32,000 bases of DNA from Candidatus Hadarchaeota archaeon (lineage in GTDB: Archaea > Hadarchaeota > Hadarchaeia > Hadarchaeales > Hadarchaeaceae), in assembly GCA_964514965.1 (NCBI GenBank), contig CAZETV010000001.1:663063-695062 (forward strand), written 5' to 3'. Below, piece after piece: positions 17,497-26,784 of this stretch (the stretch's first letter is position 1; every line of letters starts with the position of its first letter). Under the pieces are notes generated by a model. The model made no database searches, was not told the DNA's origin, and saw only the letters and a program-made list of their open reading frames with translations. The position numbers and the translations under genes are program-made.

Positions 17497-17814
17497 ATGG
17501 CTGTCTTGATCGACGAGAAAAAGTGCACGGGTTGCGGGATCTGCGTGGAGCTTTGCCCAGGCGACTTGCTGGCTCTAGAACCGAAGTCGAAAAAAGCTTT
17601 CATCTGGGACAACTCTGACTGCTGGAATTGCTTGGTCTGTGTCAAACACTGCCCCGTGGACGCCATCACTCTCAAGCTCCCAAAATCGATTGCCCCCTAC
17701 GACGCCACACTCACACCAGAAATGAGGAAAGATAAAACCGTGTGGACCTTGACCGATGCCAGCGGCGAAATGGAAAAGTTTGAGATAAAAAGGAAATCTG
17801 CAGGAGGTGCTTGA
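17497..17814 (+). CDS. aprB: Adenylylsulfate reductase beta subunit-like ferredoxin (105 aa)
   Basis: CTGCGICVELCPGDLLAL and CWNCLVCVKHCPVDAITLKLPKSIAPYDATLTPEMRKDKTVWTL; between aprA and sat. Confidence 0.86.
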   Translation: MAVLIDEKKCTGCGICVELCPGDLLALEPKSKKAFIWDNSDCWNCLVCVKHCPVDAITLKLPKSIAPYDATLTPEMRKDKTVWTLTDASGEMEKFEIKRKSAGGA

Positions 17815-18963
17815 ATGGAGCTTGTCAATAGGGTTTTGACCAGCCAGAAAAGGATGAAGGTGTTGGAGGAGCTGAAAGAATACCCGTCCGTGATAGCGAG
17901 CGCCGAAATGATCATGGACGCCGAACTCATCGCCACGGGTGGCTATACTCCAATCGAAGGGTTCCTTACAAATGAGGATTTCGAAAGTGTCCTTGAGCAC
18001 ATGCACCTAGTCAACGGCTCACCTTGGACCATTCCCATTGTTCTACCCGTCGATGAAAAAATAGCGGGCGGGCTCAAGGAAGGAGATGATGTAGTTCTAC
18101 TGGATAGTGCAAAAAATTCAATCGCCGTGCTTCACTTGAAGGAAAAATTCAAGTACGACAAAAAGCGCATGGTTCAGAAAATCTTCCGTACCGCCGATGA
18201 AAAACATCCTGGAGTTGCAGCGATTTACGGCTGGGGAGATTTCCTATTAGGTGGAGAAATTGATCTAGTCAACCGCCCAAAACATGTCTTCGAGCGATAC
18301 AACTTAGACCCTGCACAGACGAGGAAAGAGTTCAAGGAGAGGGGGTGGCGCACCGTTGTCGGATTCCAGACCCGCAACCCCATCCACCGCTCACACGAGT
18401 ACCTCCAGAAGTGTGCCCTTGAAGTCGTAGACGGGTTGTTCATCCATCCAATTGTTGGTTGGACGCGAAAGGGAGATGTGCCAGCTGAGGTGCGAATTGA
18501 AAGCTACGAGATAGTTTTGAACAACTACTATCCGCGCAACCGATTCCTGCTGGCGACGCTCTCGACTGCGATGAGGTACGCCGGGCCTAGGGAAGCGATT
18601 TTCCACGCGCTCGTACGGAAGAACTTCGGCTGCACTCACTTTATCGTCGGTCGCGACCACGCCGGGGTTGGGGATTATTACGACCCCTATGACGCTCAGC
18701 GAATCTTTTATGAATTCAAGGAAGGAGAACTCGGTATAACTCCAATGTTCTTTGAAAATGCATTTTTCTGCGTGTTGTGCGACGCGATGGCAACCAAGAA
18801 AACTTGTCCGCATCTGAAGAGCACACGAATAGCTCTCAGTGGCACGAAAGTGAGAGAACTCTTGCTTGAAGATAAACGAATCTCAGAAAAGGTAGTCCGC
18901 CCCGAAGTAGCAGAACTTTTGGCAGAGCATTATGCTATCGAGAAATCCAAAGGGGCGAGATAG
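17815..18963 (+). CDS. sat: ATP sulfurylase (sulfate adenylyltransferase)
   Basis: GWRTVVGFQTRNPIHRSHEYLQKCALEVVDGLFIHPIVG; HFIVGRDHAGVGDYYDPYDAQRIF; LSGTKVRELL. Confidence 0.95.
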   Translation: MELVNRVLTSQKRMKVLEELKEYPSVIASAEMIMDAELIATGGYTPIEGFLTNEDFESVLEHMHLVNGSPWTIPIVLPVDEKIAGGLKEGDDVVLLDSAKNSIAVLHLKEKFKYDKKRMVQKIFRTADEKHPGVAAIYGWGDFLLGGEIDLVNRPKHVFERYNLDPAQTRKEFKERGWRTVVGFQTRNPIHRSHEYLQKCALEVVDGLFIHPIVGWTRKGDVPAEVRIESYEIVLNNYYPRNRFLLATLSTAMRYAGPREAIFHALVRKNFGCTHFIVGRDHAGVGDYYDPYDAQRIFYEFKEGELGITPMFFENAFFCVLCDAMATKKTCPHLKSTRIALSGTKVRELLLEDKRISEKVVRPEVAELLAEHYAIEKSKGAR

Positions 18964-18964
18964 G

Positions 18965-19405
18965 ATGTACCTCCCGCTCCACATTAACCTGCGCGGGAAG
19001 AAAGTTTTGATCATCGGGTTGGGTAAGGTCGGGAAAAGGCGTGCTGAGAAATTGTTAAAAGCCGGCGCAAGCGTTACAGCCATTGATCGAAGGAAGGTGC
19101 GAGTCAAAAAAGGCGTGAGATTTATTCAAAAAAGTTTGCGGCGGAATGATATCCCATCCCTCAAAAAATATTTTCTTGTCGTGGCTTCCACCGATGATAA
19201 AAAATTGAACGCTGCTATCGCAAGAAACGCTAAACGAGAAGGTTGCTTAATTAACCGTGCTGACCTCTTTAAAAATGGGAATATACTCTTTCCAGCCGTT
19301 GTCAAAACGGGTGCGGGCATCATATCTTTCGCGACAATCGGAAGGAACCCGCGGCTGTCAAAGCAAATCAAGAAGGCGCTCAAACATGAGCTTCCCAAGA
19401 GCTAG
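18965..19405 (+). CDS. Precorrin-2 dehydrogenase (siroheme synthase N-terminal/Met8-like)
   Basis: MYLPLHINLRGKKVLIIGLGKVGKRRAEKLLKAGASVTAIDR...VVASTDDKKLNAAIARNAKREGCLINRADLFKNGNILFPAVVKTGAGIISFATIGRNP. Confidence 0.88.
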   Translation: MYLPLHINLRGKKVLIIGLGKVGKRRAEKLLKAGASVTAIDRRKVRVKKGVRFIQKSLRRNDIPSLKKYFLVVASTDDKKLNAAIARNAKREGCLINRADLFKNGNILFPAVVKTGAGIISFATIGRNPRLSKQIKKALKHELPKS

Positions 19406-20381
19406 ACTGAGAAGATTAAGAAAAAGCGAAAAGATACGCGAGTTGGTAAGCGGGATTTCTCTCAACAAGCATGATTTTGTGTACCCAGTTTTCGTGAAGG
19501 AAGGATTGACTAGCAGAAGCGAGATACGCAGTATGCCCGGACAGTATCATCACTCACTGCGCGAATTGGGCAAATTCGCCGAGGAATGCGAAACCAATGG
19601 GGTGCTGGGAATGCTTATCTTCGGGACCCCAAGAAAAAAAGACATCTGCGGGAGCGGGGCGTACAATGTAAACGGGATTGCGCAAAGAGCCATCAAACGC
19701 GTGAAGGAAAAATCTGAACTCGTTGTCTTCACGGATGTTTGCCTCTGCCAGTACACGACGCACGGTCATTGCGGAGTGCTTACGAAACAGGGAATTGATA
19801 ACGATCGCACGCTCAGGCTCCTAGCCAAAACTGCTGTATCCCATGCTCGCGCTGGAGCAGATTTCGTCGCCCCTTCGAGCATGATGGATGGGCAAGTGAA
19901 GACAATTCGTGATGCCTTAGATGCAAGCGGGTTCAAGGATGTGGGGATAATGAGTTATTCCACCAAGTTCGCCAGCTCCTTTTATGGGCCATTTCGAGAA
20001 GTGGTTGAGAGCAACCCGAAGCGCGTGCAGGGTTTGCCCTACCTCGCTGACCGAAGCACTTATCAAATGGACTTCCGGTCGCTTGAGCAAGCGATGCGCG
20101 AAATTTCGCTCGACGTGGAAGAGGGCGCAGATATCACCATGATAAAACCCGCTTTGCCCTACCTCGATGTGATCTGTGAAGCTAAGCGAAGGTTCGACCT
20201 ACCGTTGGCCGCTTATCAGGTAAGTGGAGAGTATGCGATGATAAAGCTGGCGTGCTTGCGCGGACTGCTTGACGAAAGACGAGCCTTCCTCGAAACTCTG
20301 ACCTCGATCAAGCGAGCCGGCGCAAATTTTATCATAACTTATGCTGCACTTGACGCTGCTCGGTGGTTAAGTGAGAGTTAG
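19386..20381 (+). CDS. hemB: Delta-aminolevulinic acid dehydratase (porphobilinogen synthase)
   Basis: DFVYPVFVKEG; VVFTDVCLCQYTTHGHCGVL; DFVAPSSMMDGQV; MSYSTKFASSFYGPFREV; KPALPYLDVI. Start corrected to ATG 19386. Confidence 0.95.
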   Translation: MSFPRARLRRLRKSEKIRELVSGISLNKHDFVYPVFVKEGLTSRSEIRSMPGQYHHSLRELGKFAEECETNGVLGMLIFGTPRKKDICGSGAYNVNGIAQRAIKRVKEKSELVVFTDVCLCQYTTHGHCGVLTKQGIDNDRTLRLLAKTAVSHARAGADFVAPSSMMDGQVKTIRDALDASGFKDVGIMSYSTKFASSFYGPFREVVESNPKRVQGLPYLADRSTYQMDFRSLEQAMREISLDVEEGADITMIKPALPYLDVICEAKRRFDLPLAAYQVSGEYAMIKLACLRGLLDERRAFLETLTSIKRAGANFIITYAALDAARWLSES

Positions 20382-21222
20382 GGTTGGCACGCGGGGTAGT
20401 AAGCTAGCAATTCTGCAGACCCGAAGAGTGATAGAAAAAATGAAAACTGTGATTCCCAACCTTAAGGAAGAAATTAAGATAATCAAAACCAGCAGAGATT
20501 TGCGGCGAATTAAGATCAATTCAGGAGTTTTCGTGAATGAGATAAATCGAGCGGTGCTTCGGGGAAAAATTGATATTGGTGTTCATAGCCTCAAAGACCT
20601 GCCAACAAGAGTACCCCAAGGTCTTTCACTTGCCTGTGTGCCCGAGCGGCTTGCCCCAAACGATGCCCTCATCTCGCGCGGTGGTACCGGCCTTTACAGC
20701 CTGCCTAATGGAGCGGTGCTTGGAACTTCAAGCCCCCGGAGGAAAGCTGAAATCATCCACCTTCGTCCCGACCTGAAGTTCAAGGACATCCACGGTAACA
20801 TCGACACCCGCATCCGAAAAATGGAGGAGGGATCCTATGATGGAATAATCGTCGCCCTCGCCGCTCTCCAGAGATGCGGTCTTCAGAAACTGGTGACTCA
20901 GCGCTTTGAACTAGACGAAATAGTACCCACGGCTGGCCAAGGAGCACTTGGGGTCGTTTGCAAACGAGACAGAGATTTTCTCGATAAAATATCGCAAATC
21001 AACGATGATGTAGCTTGGCGTGAAACGATGTGCGAGCGCACCTTCATGGAGAAACTAAGATTCGATTGCAAAACGCCTGCTGGAGCTGTTGCAAGGTTAA
21101 TGGATGGTGAAATCGAGCTGATAGTCGTTATTCATAAAAACGGCAGGCAATTGCTGAAGCTAAGAGGGCAAGACCCTAAAAATCTCGGAATAAAAGCAGC
21201 GAAGATGGTATCGAAGAGGTGA
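20371..21222 (+). CDS. hemC: Hydroxymethylbilane synthase (porphobilinogen deaminase)
   Basis: RVGTRGSKLAILQTRRVIEKMK; GVHSLKDLPTRVP; LGTSSPRRKAEI; FKDIHGNIDTRIRKM; PTAGQGALGVVCKR. Confidence 0.95.
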   Translation: MRVRVGTRGSKLAILQTRRVIEKMKTVIPNLKEEIKIIKTSRDLRRIKINSGVFVNEINRAVLRGKIDIGVHSLKDLPTRVPQGLSLACVPERLAPNDALISRGGTGLYSLPNGAVLGTSSPRRKAEIIHLRPDLKFKDIHGNIDTRIRKMEEGSYDGIIVALAALQRCGLQKLVTQRFELDEIVPTAGQGALGVVCKRDRDFLDKISQINDDVAWRETMCERTFMEKLRFDCKTPAGAVARLMDGEIELIVVIHKNGRQLLKLRGQDPKNLGIKAAKMVSKR

Positions 21223-21241
21223 TATAATACATAACATCCGC

Positions 21242-22330
21242 TTGACCCATAAGGAAGTTGGTGTCGAAAAGATCCCTGAAGCGGGGCGTGCCATCAGAAA
21301 TTTTGTCGTCACTCAGTCCATCGGCGATTATGTTGTTATACAAACTTGCAACCGAGCAGAGTTGTACTATCTTGATAGCACTTCTCAATCGCCTGATGGT
21401 TTCGTGTTCGAAAGCGGAACCGAGGCATTTCGACACCTTTTACGAGTAGCATGTGGTTTGGAATCGTTTGTCATAGGAGAAACGGAAATCCTAAATCAAA
21501 TCAAAAAGGCTTTCGTGCTCGCCAGAAAAGAAAAGCATTGTTCAAGGAAACTTGCGAAGTATTTTATGAATGCAATTAAAGTCGGGAGAAAAGCCAGAAA
21601 ACTTACAAAAATAAGTGTTGGTAAAGTGAGCACAGTCTCACTCGCACTTGAGTATGTCCAAGACTTGCTCGGCGATTTAACAAGAAAAAAATTTTTGGTG
21701 GTTGGAGCAGGCGAAACAGGCACAAAAGTTGCAAGGGCCCTCAAAAACATGAACGTTAAAAAAATGTTAATATCAAATCGTAACTATTACAAGGCTTTAA
21801 GATTATCTCGAGAAATAGCTGGTTCGGCCTATCATCTCTCGCGATTGAAAGACCTACTCAGAAAAGTGGATGTGGTCTTCTGTGCAACGAGTGCACCCCA
21901 CCCAATACTTACTAAAAATAAAATTGAAGTGGCTAAACAAGAAATTATACTTGTAGACCTTTCAGTTCCACGAAATGTTGAAGAATCGATACGAGAGCTT
22001 GAAAATGTTAAACTAATTTCCTTTCGAGACCTTACCGAGAAATCTAACAGAAATATGAGTGAACGGAGAAAAGAAATTAGAAAAGTTGAGGAAATCATAG
22101 ACTCTGAGCTCGCTAATAGAGATAATTTACGTGAACTTTACATTCACGCCGAACGAATAAGGAAAAAAGAGGTGAAAAAAGCTTTGCGTTTATTGACTAC
22201 CAAAGATTCCGAAGAAGTTATCGAGGGGCTGAGCAAATCCCTCGTCAAAAAGTTGTATTACCCTTTGAGAAAACGTGCCACGAAAATTGAAATTACCACA
22301 AGAACTGCTGGAAAAACGCGAAAAAAGTGA
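21242..22330 (+). CDS. hemA: Glutamyl-tRNA reductase
   Basis: VVIQTCNRAELYYL; VACGLESFVIGETEILNQIKKAF; GKVSTVSLALEYVQDLL; VVGAGETGTKVARALKNM. 5' end uncertain: in-frame homologous-looking sequence may extend upstream of TTG 21242. Confidence 0.93.
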   Translation: MTHKEVGVEKIPEAGRAIRNFVVTQSIGDYVVIQTCNRAELYYLDSTSQSPDGFVFESGTEAFRHLLRVACGLESFVIGETEILNQIKKAFVLARKEKHCSRKLAKYFMNAIKVGRKARKLTKISVGKVSTVSLALEYVQDLLGDLTRKKFLVVGAGETGTKVARALKNMNVKKMLISNRNYYKALRLSREIAGSAYHLSRLKDLLRKVDVVFCATSAPHPILTKNKIEVAKQEIILVDLSVPRNVEESIRELENVKLISFRDLTEKSNRNMSERRKEIRKVEEIIDSELANRDNLRELYIHAERIRKKEVKKALRLLTTKDSEEVIEGLSKSLVKKLYYPLRKRATKIEITTRTAGKTRKK

Positions 22331-22335
22331 AAAAT

Positions 22336-23748
22336 ATGGAAAAGAAAAAATTTGGTAAAGTGTATCTAGTTGGCTGTGGTCCAAGTAGTCCGGACCTTCT
22401 AACTCTTCGCGCCATTAAAATTCTGAAGAAAGCCGACGTAGTCTTTTATGACCGCCTCATAGACTCGACTGTTTTAAAATATGCTAGGAGAGCGAGGAAG
22501 GTGTATAGTGGAAAACACGGTGGTGAAGCGTGGAAACAGATTTATTTAAATAAACGCCTTTATCGAGAGGCTAAAAAGGGGAAAGTTGTTGTACGTCTTA
22601 AAAACGGCGACCCTTTTATTTTCGGTCGAGGGGGTGAGGAACTCCAGTATCTCCAGGGACGTGGCATCGAGGTAGAAGTCGTTCCCGGGCTTTCCTCAGC
22701 TCTCGTGTTGCCGGGAATTGCAAAAATTCCGTTAACCAAGCGAGATGTGTCTTCAAGCCTGACCATCGTGAGCGGTCGTGGGGCGGGCGGTAGGAAACCA
22801 CGCTGGAGCGGATTAGGCAACACGGTAGTCGTATTGATGCCCCTTGAGAATTTGGGCTGGATAATCCGTAGGCTTCTCTCAGGAGGCAAAAATAGGATGA
22901 AACCTTGCGCGCTGATAAGCAGTGGGACGATGACAGAAGAACGAATATTTGTATCAACTCTAGACAAAATTGCTGACGCTGCGGAGCGCCTTAGGTTCAA
23001 ACCGCCAGCAGTTTTTGTTGCTGGAGAGGTCGTTGGCGCCCTGCTCGACTTCAGAGGGCGACGTGTAGCAGCTTTCAGAGCGAGCAACGAGATAAAGCGG
23101 ACCGAGAGACTGATTAAACGCACCGGTGGCGCCCCTAACGTCTTCGAGATATGTGATATCAATCCGGCCGATGGTACTCTAAAGCGGGCTAGTAAGCAGA
23201 AATGGGAGGCGCTTGTCTTCATGAGCACCAATGGGGTTCGATCGGGAGCAAAGTTCTTTGACTTAAAAACATGCGTAACCATCGCAGTCGGTAATAGGAC
23301 GAAACGGGAACTCGAGCGCTTCGGTTGCAAGTCCATTATTGTTCCAAGAAAACAGAATGTGAAAAGTGTGGAAAAACTCTTGAAAGAGCAAAAGTGGCGT
23401 ACGGTTCTAGCCCTCAGATCTCCGTTGGCTAAGGGCAAGCTTGCGAGCGCCGTCAATATCCCTGCTTACCATATCAAGTTCAAAAACCTTACCCGAACCG
23501 TAAACAGTTATATCAAAACAAAGGATGATTTCACCCTCCTGACGAGTGCTGGACTGCTCGAGCACTTACTGAAAGCGGCGGACAAACTCGGGCTCAGGCA
23601 GGACTTCGTGCGAAAAATGAATCGAACCTTTGTCATTTCGCTAGGCGAAAACATAACCAAATGCGCGTTGGGGAATGGCATCAAGGTAAACCACGAGCCC
23701 GAACATCCGACCCTTGATTCGCTCTTCAGAAGAGGTGGAATTAGATGA
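22336..23748 (+). CDS. Fused uroporphyrinogen-III C-methyltransferase and uroporphyrinogen-III synthase
   Basis: N-terminus KVYLVGCGPSSPDLLTLRAIKILKKADVVFYDRL, RLKNGDPFIFGRGGEEL, VVPGLSSAL; C-terminal WEALVFMSTNGVRSGAKFF...VTIAVGNRTKRELERFG (HemD-like). Confidence 0.88.
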   Translation: MEKKKFGKVYLVGCGPSSPDLLTLRAIKILKKADVVFYDRLIDSTVLKYARRARKVYSGKHGGEAWKQIYLNKRLYREAKKGKVVVRLKNGDPFIFGRGGEELQYLQGRGIEVEVVPGLSSALVLPGIAKIPLTKRDVSSSLTIVSGRGAGGRKPRWSGLGNTVVVLMPLENLGWIIRRLLSGGKNRMKPCALISSGTMTEERIFVSTLDKIADAAERLRFKPPAVFVAGEVVGALLDFRGRRVAAFRASNEIKRTERLIKRTGGAPNVFEICDINPADGTLKRASKQKWEALVFMSTNGVRSGAKFFDLKTCVTIAVGNRTKRELERFGCKSIIVPRKQNVKSVEKLLKEQKWRTVLALRSPLAKGKLASAVNIPAYHIKFKNLTRTVNSYIKTKDDFTLLTSAGLLEHLLKAADKLGLRQDFVRKMNRTFVISLGENITKCALGNGIKVNHEPEHPTLDSLFRRGGIR

Positions 23749-25001
23749 GGTCTCGCTCGCGTCGGCTTTACGAGAGGGCGAAGCGTTTGCTGCCGGGAGG
23801 TGTTGACAGCCCTGTGCGTACATTCGAGCCTCATCCATTCTTCATCGAGCGGGGCGAGGGTTCAAAAATTCGTGATGTCGATGGCAACGAGTATGTGGAT
23901 TATTGCTTAGCCTATGGCCCCCTGATTCTTGGGCATCAACCACCAAGTGTGATGAAGGCAGTCAAGAAGCAAATTCAGAGAGGGATCCTCTTCGGCATCC
24001 CGAGCGAGCTTGAACTTGAGCTAGCAGAAAAAATTACTAAACACGTTCCATGCGCGGATATGGTGCGATTCGTAAACTCTGGAACCGAGGCGACGACGAG
24101 CGTCGTGAGGCTAGCGCGGGCCTACACCAACCGGGAAAATATACTCATCTTCGACGGCTGCTATCACGGGGCTAACGACCACTTTCTATTTGGAAAAAAG
24201 GGGCCGAAGAGCCCAGGTATCCCACACATGCTCAGGCGGAACACCCTTGTGGCCTCGTTTAACGACCTCACGAGTGTTGAAAAAATCGCGAGAAAAAACG
24301 AGCTCGCGGCAATTATTGTTGAACCGGTGATGGGTAACCTAGGGTGCATCCAACCAGCGGAGGGTTTCCTGAAGGGGCTACGGGAGATTTGCGATGAGCA
24401 CGGGGCGCTGTTGATATTCGACGAGGTGATTACCGGCTTCAGGCTGGCTCTCGGTGGTGCCCAAGAGTTTTTCAACGTTGTACCTGAACTCGCTACCTTA
24501 GGAAAAATCATTGGAGGAGGCTTCCCAATCGGTGCATTTGTTGGTAATGCTGAAATTATGGAGCTGGTAGCACCTGCTGGCAAGGTTTACCATGCTGGAA
24601 CTTTCTGCGGACACCCGGTCGCCATGGCTGCCGGGTTAGCCACCATTAAAACGCTAGAGAGGAAGAAAGCGATCGAGCGAGCGTGTAACTTTGCCCGCAA
24701 GTTGGCAGATACCTTAAGGCGCGAGCTCGAGCTACCCGTGAATCAAGTTGCGTCGATGTTTCAAGTGTTCTTCACTGAAGGAAATGTCAGCTCAGCCGAT
24801 GACGCTAGGAAGTGCGATAAAGAGGCGTTTATGCGATTTCACTGCGCTTTGCTAAAAAATGGTGTCTTCGCCACGCCCTCGCAGTTCGAGTGCTGGTTTA
24901 CCTCTGCCGCGCATACGAAAGATGATTTCGAAATTACGAAAAAAGCGATAACCATTGCTTCTAACGAAATTTTTAAAACAATGAACTCAAAATGTGGGTG
25001 A
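23745..25001 (+). CDS. hemL: Glutamate-1-semialdehyde 2,1-aminomutase
   Basis: KRLLPGGVDSPVRTFEPHPFFIERGEGSKIRDVDGNEYVDYCLAYGPLILGH; LLIFDEVITGFRLALGGAQE; VGKIIGGGFPIGAF-type PLP Lys region. Confidence 0.95.
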   Translation: MRSRSRRLYERAKRLLPGGVDSPVRTFEPHPFFIERGEGSKIRDVDGNEYVDYCLAYGPLILGHQPPSVMKAVKKQIQRGILFGIPSELELELAEKITKHVPCADMVRFVNSGTEATTSVVRLARAYTNRENILIFDGCYHGANDHFLFGKKGPKSPGIPHMLRRNTLVASFNDLTSVEKIARKNELAAIIVEPVMGNLGCIQPAEGFLKGLREICDEHGALLIFDEVITGFRLALGGAQEFFNVVPELATLGKIIGGGFPIGAFVGNAEIMELVAPAGKVYHAGTFCGHPVAMAAGLATIKTLERKKAIERACNFARKLADTLRRELELPVNQVASMFQVFFTEGNVSSADDARKCDKEAFMRFHCALLKNGVFATPSQFECWFTSAAHTKDDFEITKKAITIASNEIFKTMNSKCG

Positions 25002-25006
25002 TTTGA

Positions 25007-26506
25007 ATGAAGCACACGTTAGAAATCCCAACCGACGATATCATGCGATTCACGGACAAGTACTCACTGGGAAGGGACAAGGGAATGGGCTCCCGGCACT
25101 TCCTGAGAATAAAAGTGCTCGCGGGCACGCTGACCTCTGAACAGCTTCGTGAGATTGCGCAGATGGCGGACGACTACAGCAAGGGCTATGCTGAGATAAC
25201 TGACCGCCAAGACATTCAACTGCACTGGGTCCAAGGAAAGGACGCGCCGGAAGTCTTCACTCGGCTTGAAAAGCTCGGTTTCACCACAGACAAATGTGGC
25301 CAAGCTTTTCCTGGCGCACGTTATGGTGATGTGCGGAATGTCGTCGTTTGTCCGATTACTGGTGTAAACAAAAACGAACTCATTGATGTCTCACCTCTCG
25401 CCACGCAAATAAACGAGTTTTTCCTAGGTAACCGGAACTTCCTTGACATGCCAAAGAAATTCAAGATTTCTATCACGGGCTGCGAGCTTTGCTGCACTAA
25501 GCCAGAAATTCAAGATTTAGGTCTGTTCGCGGTAAAGCACGAAGGCAAGATCGGATTTGCGGCTCTCGTGGGCGGGTCGGTCGGCTCGACGCAGCCAGGA
25601 CCAAGGCTCGCGAAGCCGCTGGGCGTTTTCATCAAGCCCGACGAAGTTTTAGAAGTGGCAAAAACGCTGGCGGAGATTCACCGTGACTACAGCAACCGTG
25701 AAAGCAAGACCAAAGCGCGGTTCAAGTGGATTGTCGACAGCTGGGGCGTAGAACGAGTGAGGGAGAAACTAGAGGAGAAACTTGGGAAGAAGCTTGAGCG
25801 ATATGAGCTCAAACCAAAGATTAGTGGCGAGGAGCATATTGGTGTGCAAAGACAGAAAGACGACCACTATTTTATCAATATCCCACTAATCGGGGGAATC
25901 CTCTCGAGCGAGTTAATACGAAAGGTAGCTAATATTGCCAGCAAATTCGGGAGTAGTGAATTAAGACTCACTCCCTTCCAAAACTTAATTCTAATCAACA
26001 TTCACAAGAAGAAGGTCGACGAGGCTTTAAAGCAGCTTGAGGGAACGGGCCTGCCAGTGAAGGGCACACCACTTCGCTGGACGACCATTGGCTGCGCCGC
26101 AGATTTCTGCGGGAAGTCAATCGAGCCCTACCCGAAACAGATGGCGAAGGAAATAGTTGATTACTTGGAGAACCGCTTCGGTGTTACGCTAAACGATTTG
26201 AAGCTAAAGTTGCTCGTAACTGGCTGTCCTAACGACTGTGGCTTGCGTGCAATAGGGAACATTGGATTGCTCGGTGTGCAGGTAAAGAAGAACGAGAGTA
26301 AAGAATTTTATAACATTTACTTAGGCGGCACCTTGGGCGCAAACGCGTCGCTCTCTGAACTCGTGGAGAAAATGCTAAAGCCAGAGCAGGTAAAAACAAT
26401 GATTGAGAAGCTCGTCGTGGGGTGCCTGAAGGAAGGATTCAAAGACTTTGGGGAGTTCTGCCGCGCTCATAAGCTGGAAGAGCTGAAATTGATTGCGACC
26501 GAATAA
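25007..26506 (+). CDS. Siroheme/[4Fe-4S] sulfite (or nitrite) reductase, assimilatory NirA/Sir type
   Basis: Two-repeat architecture: ITDRQDIQLHWV; ISITGCELCCTKPEIQDLG; TIGCAADFCGKS; LLVTGCPNDCGLRAIGNIGLLG. Confidence 0.87.
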   Translation: MKHTLEIPTDDIMRFTDKYSLGRDKGMGSRHFLRIKVLAGTLTSEQLREIAQMADDYSKGYAEITDRQDIQLHWVQGKDAPEVFTRLEKLGFTTDKCGQAFPGARYGDVRNVVVCPITGVNKNELIDVSPLATQINEFFLGNRNFLDMPKKFKISITGCELCCTKPEIQDLGLFAVKHEGKIGFAALVGGSVGSTQPGPRLAKPLGVFIKPDEVLEVAKTLAEIHRDYSNRESKTKARFKWIVDSWGVERVREKLEEKLGKKLERYELKPKISGEEHIGVQRQKDDHYFINIPLIGGILSSELIRKVANIASKFGSSELRLTPFQNLILINIHKKKVDEALKQLEGTGLPVKGTPLRWTTIGCAADFCGKSIEPYPKQMAKEIVDYLENRFGVTLNDLKLKLLVTGCPNDCGLRAIGNIGLLGVQVKKNESKEFYNIYLGGTLGANASLSELVEKMLKPEQVKTMIEKLVVGCLKEGFKDFGEFCRAHKLEELKLIATE

Positions 26507-26515
26507 GGTGATGGA

Positions 26516-26776
26516 GTGGCTGAAAAAGTTGGTTTAAAACCTGCCGGGAAGGGGCACTACACGATGGACGCTCGAGGATATACTTGCCCCTACCCTGAGC
26601 TCTTCGCGCGGAGAGCCTTAGAAAAACTTGCGTCAGGTGATGTGTTTGAATTCATTATCGACAACATGCCCTCCTGCGAGACGGTTCCAGCCGCTGCCAA
26701 GGAGCTAGGACACAAGGTATTAGAAGTCATGAAAATCGATGACACCAGTTGGAAAATCATCATCAAAAAAAGTTGA
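26516..26776 (+). CDS. TusA-family sulfur carrier protein
   Basis: YTMDARGYTCPYPELFARRALEKLASGDVFEFIIDNMPSCETVPAAAKELGHKV. Confidence 0.88.
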   Translation: MAEKVGLKPAGKGHYTMDARGYTCPYPELFARRALEKLASGDVFEFIIDNMPSCETVPAAAKELGHKVLEVMKIDDTSWKIIIKKS

Positions 26777-26784
26777 GTTTTAGG

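Noticed and set aside
15751-17814. Canonical dissimilatory sulfate reduction locus
   Set aside because: AprAB-Sat are present but no DsrAB/C/MK or Qmo, and the partner reductase is of assimilatory NirA/Sir type.
22560-23456. 298-aa minus-strand ORF across cobA/hemD
   Set aside because: Antisense shadow of a clear coding gene, low-complexity, no motifs. The same reasoning removes the other antisense track ORFs (e.g. 7174-7659, 16120-16383, 17575-18006, 24164-24583).
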